In this document: positions 60,045-64,000 of the stretch, in pieces
Layout of the letters: each line of letters opens with the position of its first letter
Numbering within the stretch: the first letter of the stretch is position 1
Assembly: GCA_947626735.1 (NCBI GenBank)
Contig: CANQTK010000005.1
Coordinates: 178 to 64,177, forward strand
Length of the DNA stretch: 64,000 nt
Reading direction: 5' to 3'
DNA from: an uncultured Clostridia bacterium
GTDB lineage: Bacteria; Bacillota; Clostridia; TANB77; CAG-508
Translations under genes and position numbers: made by a program
Notes under the pieces: model-generated
Databases searched by the model: none
The model's input: the letters and a program-made list of their open reading frames with translations, nothing else
Told to the model about the DNA's origin: nothing

Positions 60045-61130
60045 ATGCAAAATGTAACTGTAAACAGGAAATATCCGAAAGCAAAATCTAAGTTTCTTTT
60101 CCTCTCTATTCGAAGGAATCTTTTACCTGCTATTTTTTGCCTTTTTATTATTTGCCTTGTTATTTTTTCGAAAACAAATTTAGCCGCTAGTAAAGAAGGT
60201 CTTTTACTATGGGCCAACAATATTGTTCCTTCTTTACTTCCTTTTTTTATTGCAACCGAATTATTAAGTTATACTAGTGTAGTAACAAAATTAGGTAAAT
60301 TACTAAATCCTATTATGAGACCATTATTTGGTATTCCTGGTATTGGAAGTTATGCTCTTTTAATGGGAATCATTAGTGGTTATCCTACGGGTGCTAAAAT
60401 TGTTGTGAATTTAAAAGAACAAGGTCTTTGCACCAAAGAAGAAGCAGAGAAAATGCTTGCTTTTACGAATAATTCTGGTCCTCTTTTTATTTTATCTACC
60501 GTAGGAATTTCTTTATTTGGCAATAGCACTATTGGTTTATTACTTCTTATTACTCATATTCTTGCTTGCCTTAGTGTTGGGGTTCTATTTCGCTTTTGGA
60601 AAAGTAAAAATCCATCTTCTACCCAAGTTTTTCCGCAAAATAAAATAAAAAAAGAGGAAGTTAATTTTTCTAATTTAGGTGATATTTTAGGTAAAAGTAT
60701 TTTATCTGCTATCAAAACGGTTGTTATGATTGGTGGATTTGTCGTTCTTTTTAGCATTATCTTATCGATATTAAATAATAGCCATATTATTTCCATGTTA
60801 GGAAATGTCATTCATCCCTTCCTTTCCTTTTTTGGCTTTGATGACATCCGTTTTAGTACTTCTTTGATTAGTGGTATGTTAGAATTAACCAATGGAGTTA
60901 CGCAAATTTCTTTTATTGCTTGTAAAAATATTTCCATGAATATTATATTGAGTGCCTTTTTACTAGGTTTTGGCGGTTTGTCTATCTTACTACAAGTGTA
61001 TAGTATTATCGCCAAAGCAAATTTATCGATTAAATCCTATTTTATAGGAAAACTACTTCATGGTATTTTAGCTGCTTTTTATACTTTTTGTTTCATTCAT
61101 TATTTTCCTATTTTTAATTTTAATTTATAA
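60045..61130 (+). CDS. ylbJ: sporulation integral membrane protein YlbJ-like (nucleoside-recognition domain)
   Basis: 361 aa polytopic protein. LLPFFIATELL, GYPTGAK, FTNNSGPLFI motifs. Confidence 0.6.
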   Translation: MQNVTVNRKYPKAKSKFLFLSIRRNLLPAIFCLFIICLVIFSKTNLAASKEGLLLWANNIVPSLLPFFIATELLSYTSVVTKLGKLLNPIMRPLFGIPGIGSYALLMGIISGYPTGAKIVVNLKEQGLCTKEEAEKMLAFTNNSGPLFILSTVGISLFGNSTIGLLLLITHILACLSVGVLFRFWKSKNPSSTQVFPQNKIKKEEVNFSNLGDILGKSILSAIKTVVMIGGFVVLFSIILSILNNSHIISMLGNVIHPFLSFFGFDDIRFSTSLISGMLELTNGVTQISFIACKNISMNIILSAFLLGFGGLSILLQVYSIIAKANLSIKSYFIGKLLHGILAAFYTFCFIHYFPIFNFNL

Positions 61131-61171
61131 AAGAATATTTTGGTTTCTTATTCATACATATAGGAAAAGAG

Positions 61172-61417
61172 GTGATTTTTTTGGAAAAGAATACAGATTA
61201 TAATAATTTTAACGGTTTTTATGGTTACAATCCTTATGCTCCTTATGAAAATTATGATCCTTCTATGGCAGATAATCTTTTTAACCCTATGATGCAGTAT
61301 GAACAAGGTTATATGTATTATCGCTACCTGACCCAACAATTAGAATATAAAATTAAATGTAAAGAATATGAAAGGCTAACAGGAAAAGAAAACAGGACGG
61401 AAAGAAGAGTAGAATAA
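61172..61417 (+). CDS. hypothetical Y/N/P-rich small protein
   Basis: 81 aa. The start is ambiguous (GTG 61172 or TTG 61181 after GAGGTGA). The terminator overlaps its 3' end. Confidence 0.4.
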   Translation: MIFLEKNTDYNNFNGFYGYNPYAPYENYDPSMADNLFNPMMQYEQGYMYYRYLTQQLEYKIKCKEYERLTGKENRTERRVE

Positions 61418-61437
61418 TCTCTTCTTTCCGTCCTGTT
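61391..61437 (+). terminator. intrinsic terminator
   Basis: AACAGGACGGAAAGAAGAG-loop-CTCTTCTTTCCGTCCTGTT followed by tcttttt. Confidence 0.7.
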
Positions 61438-61442
61438 TCTTT

Positions 61443-61721
61443 TTAGGTGTATTGCTTTACTAAATCATGAATAATATCTTCTTCATTTGGCATAATTTTT
61501 TTGTTAATTAATATATTTAAAACATAATTAATTGCTTCTTCACTATCTGTTATATTCATTAAATTGGTTCTTTCTAATTTTTCTTTTTCTTCATTTTCTT
61601 TTACAATTTCTAATCCAAACTTTTTATGCTTTAGTTTATAATACTGAATATGTTCTTGTATACTTCTTTGTTTATCCATAATTTGTTGATGAATCATAAT
61701 GGTACCATAAAGTTTTTTCAT
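61443..61721 (-). CDS. hypothetical protein
   Basis: The ORF-track ORF is 117 aa. Start taken at MKKLYGTIMIHQQ. Confidence 0.4.
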   Translation of the reverse strand: MKKLYGTIMIHQQIMDKQRSIQEHIQYYKLKHKKFGLEIVKENEEKEKLERTNLMNITDSEEAINYVLNILINKKIMPNEEDIIHDLVKQYT

Positions 61722-61943
61722 TTGTGACTCTCTCCTTTCTTTCAAACATGTTTTATATTTTATACTAATTTCCAATATTTTACAAGTATTTTTCATCGTT
61801 CAATTTCGACATTTTTTGCGCTTTCACTTTTTTCGTTAAAAATATTGACTTTTTCTTCTATTTGTGTTAATATAATAGTATGTTGGAAAAGAATTAAAAG
61901 AAAGGAGAACTTCTTAGCACTTTGTGTTTAAGAAAAAGAGATT

Positions 61944-62336
61944 ATGAATCATAGTACCTCTCATTCATCTAACCAAAGATTTCATCAAGTGCAAGAAGAA
62001 TTAAAAAATCTTCTTTCTATTATTATGGGAACAGTTGCAGAAGAAGCCCAAAACGAGCAAAATTTTGAATATTTTGAACAAAATGCTACTTCTGAAGAAG
62101 AACTTACTACCATTAAAGAATTAAGAAAAAGCACACAAGAAATAGAGGAAAAAGCAAAAAATTATTATCATACTATAGGAATTCCTAGTGCTAAAAAACA
62201 AGCAAAACAATCGAAAAAGCAAATTACTTCAGAAAATAACGTCTCTACTATTCAGCCAATTGCTACACAAAATAAAGAAAATTCGAAAAATAGTAGAATT
62301 TCTAGAATACAAGATGATTTTGATATAGAACATTAA
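61944..62336 (+). CDS. hypothetical hydrophilic protein
   Basis: 130 aa, E/K/Q/S-rich. Followed by the hairpin AGAACAATTTTT/AAAAATTGTTCT plus a T-run. Confidence 0.4.
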   Translation: MNHSTSHSSNQRFHQVQEELKNLLSIIMGTVAEEAQNEQNFEYFEQNATSEEELTTIKELRKSTQEIEEKAKNYYHTIGIPSAKKQAKQSKKQITSENNVSTIQPIATQNKENSKNSRISRIQDDFDIEH

Positions 62337-62367
62337 AGAACAATTTTTAAAAATTGTTCTTTTTTTC

Positions 62368-62396
62368 TTGACAAAATCCAGAAATACGATTATAAT
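62368..62396 (+). promoter_or_regulatory. consensus sigma-A promoter of the tRNA gene
   Basis: TTGACA (62368-62373), 17 nt, TATAAT (62391-62396). Confidence 0.7.
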
Positions 62397-62421
62397 AATA
62401 TTTGTCTTGTTTACTATATAT

Positions 62422-62498
62422 GGCGAGATAGCTCAGTTGGCTAGAGCATTCGGTTCATACCCGACAGGTCGGTGGTTCGAATCCACTTCTCGCTACCA
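62422..62498 (+). tRNA. tRNA-Met (anticodon CAT, elongator-like)
   Basis: GGCGAGA-TA-GCTC AGTTGGCTA GAGC-A-TTCGG TTCATAC CCGAC-AGGTC-GGTGG TTCGAAT CCACT-TCTCGCT-ACCA. 77 nt, encoded CCA, cloverleaf folds by hand. An Ile2 (lysidine) identity cannot be excluded from sequence alone. Confidence 0.9.
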
Positions 62499-62629
62499 AG
62501 TAAATTTAGCCATGCTATTTTGTATGGCTATTTTTATATTTTAATGATAAAAAAATAGTTTGGAGTAAAGTCTACTTCAAACTATTTTTCTTTTTTAGCA
62601 ACTTTTTCTATTACTTTGCTCAATTGAAA

Positions 62630-64000
62630 TTATTTTCTTTTTTCTGTTTTCTTTAAAATCATAATTTCAATTCCAGCTAATAAGCATATAACCATACATG
62701 CTGTTAAAGCAATAATAATAATTCTTATAATGGTTATTTTTTCTTCTAGTCCTGTTCCTACTGATATAATGGTAGATACCTCAGAGATATCATTTTTCTC
62801 ATTATTTTCCTTGTAACCATATGGATTTGTAGCACTTACTAACTCTGCTGTATTCTTCTTTTCTCCAAAGTTTGTTTTACTATTATTCCATTTAATCGTC
62901 ATAGTTAGTTCTTTGCTTTCTCCTGGTTTTAACAATATGTTTTCTCCATAAGTTGCTACTGTATTATTTAATATCCAATTTCCGCTCTTTTCTTGCTCAT
63001 AGGTAAATCCTTCTGGAATTTTGTCTACTATTTTTTCTATTGTTGCTTCTGTTTCTCCTACATTGCTTACTATGATACTATATTCTAATTCCAATTGCTC
63101 TGTTGAAATGTTTCTCTCTTTTACCTCGACTTTCATCATATTATTATCTTGTATTTTAACGGTTTTTCCATTTACAATGATATTTTTTAATTGTTTGTTA
63201 ATTTGAATATCAAATATTAATTTTCTTGTCGTCCTGATAATTTCTTGTTCTTCTTTTGTATCTTCTATTTTTATTTTACTCTCTTCTATCGTTTTATATC
63301 CCTCTGGTGTTATTTCTAGTAAGTTGTACTCTCCTTCTGGTAATCTCTCTATTGTATAGCCTTCTTCTGTCTTTTCTATTTTTAGCATATCTCCTTCTGG
63401 TTTTGTACTTGCTACTATTTTTCCGTCTTTTTCTATTTGTATTTCTATGTTCTCATCTTCTATTTCTTCTTTTGTTTCTTCGTCCTGAATTTGAATTGTC
63501 ACTCTTACTATTTCTTGTTCTACCACTAGTTTTTGTTTCTCTATTGTTTCTTCTACGCTAAAGAATTGATCCTCCATTGTTACATAGCCTTGCTCTAATA
63601 GCTTTTCTTGTCCAGCTTTTTCTCTTAATACATACTCGCCTACTGGTAATTTTTCTATGTTGTAGTTTTCTTCTGTTGTCGTGAATTCTCCTATTTTTTT
63701 GCCCACCTGTTTGCTTCCATCCTCTGTTGTTACAGCTTCATAGATTTCAAATTCTGCTCCTTCTACTTTTTCTTTCGTTTCTTTATCTATTACTTCTATT
63801 TCTAGTTTTGTATAGTCTTGTTCTACACTTACTTTTTGTTTGTCTTTTGTTTCTTCTACACGAAAGAATTGATCTTCTGTTGTTACATAGCCTTGCTCTA
63901 ATAGTTTTTCTTGTCCGGCTTTTTCTCTTAATACATACTCGCCTACTGGCAACCTTTCTGTATAATAGTTACTCTCTGCTGTGGTAAATTCCTTTACTTT
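62630..64000 (-). CDS. surface protein with 100-aa Cna-B/SpaA-like tandem repeats, C-terminal membrane anchor; 5' end beyond the window
   Basis: The reading frame stays open to base 64000. LPVGEYVLREKAGQEKLLEQGYVT recurs every 100 aa (300-nt DNA period). C-terminus ISVGTGLEEK + hydrophobic helix + KKTEKRK. Confidence 0.75.
   Translation of the reverse strand, partial: KVKEFTTAESNYYTERLPVGEYVLREKAGQEKLLEQGYVTTEDQFFRVEETKDKQKVSVEQDYTKLEIEVIDKETKEKVEGAEFEIYEAVTTEDGSKQVGKKIGEFTTTEENYNIEKLPVGEYVLREKAGQEKLLEQGYVTMEDQFFSVEETIEKQKLVVEQEIVRVTIQIQDEETKEEIEDENIEIQIEKDGKIVASTKPEGDMLKIEKTEEGYTIERLPEGEYNLLEITPEGYKTIEESKIKIEDTKEEQEIIRTTRKLIFDIQINKQLKNIIVNGKTVKIQDNNMMKVEVKERNISTEQLELEYSIIVSNVGETEATIEKIVDKIPEGFTYEQEKSGNWILNNTVATYGENILLKPGESKELTMTIKWNNSKTNFGEKKNTAELVSATNPYGYKENNEKNDISEVSTIISVGTGLEEKITIIRIIIIALTACMVICLLAGIEIMILKKTEKRK

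Noticed and set aside
63256-63987. L/F-rich plus-strand ORFs (63256..63561, 63727..63987)
   Set aside because: They are reverse-frame artefacts of the E/K-rich adhesin repeats.

Overview
Chromosomal segment of a very AT-rich, spore-forming Firmicute (Clostridia-like). Most genes are on the minus strand and tightly packed. Housekeeping content: pflB/pflA, rpsF-ssb-rpsR, metG, aspS, asnS, mnmA, nifS-type cysteine desulfurase, murT/gatD-like pair, mfd, trmL, one tRNA-Met, a P-type ATPase, a TetR/MMPL/YhgE export module and a two-component system. Accessory content: a surface-structure island (32.8-39.9 kb) with a SipW-type signal peptidase, two SipW-substrate-like proteins, a sortase, an LPXTG Big_2 protein and an amidoligase, plus two large Cna-B/SpaA-repeat adhesins. 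It also holds a ToxN/AbiQ type III toxin-antitoxin cassette bracketed by 72-bp direct repeats, and a candidate type I toxin-antitoxin module in a 1.4-kb insertion that splits pflB from pflA. No CRISPR array, transposase, integrase or rRNA was seen. The most striking observation is global. Six conserved genes (MMPL transporter, DNA-repair radical SAM protein three times, pflA, yvcK, a SpoU methyltransferase, mfd) carry eight frame disruptions. Every one sits at an in-frame CGG whose +1 frame begins with a family-conserved glycine codon (GGA/GGC). By hand count there are only five other in-frame CGG codons in the window. This is either a highly motif-specific sequencing or polishing artefact, or +1 recoding at a starved CGG codon; the sequence alone cannot decide. 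Other candidates: a 6S-RNA-like long hairpin next to mnmA/aspS, a 54-nt GC-rich palindromic element present twice, and a MurT/GatD pair that seems to lack the glutaminase catalytic residues. All calls come from reading the sequence and the ORF translations by eye. No database search was run, so family assignments rest on recognised motifs.
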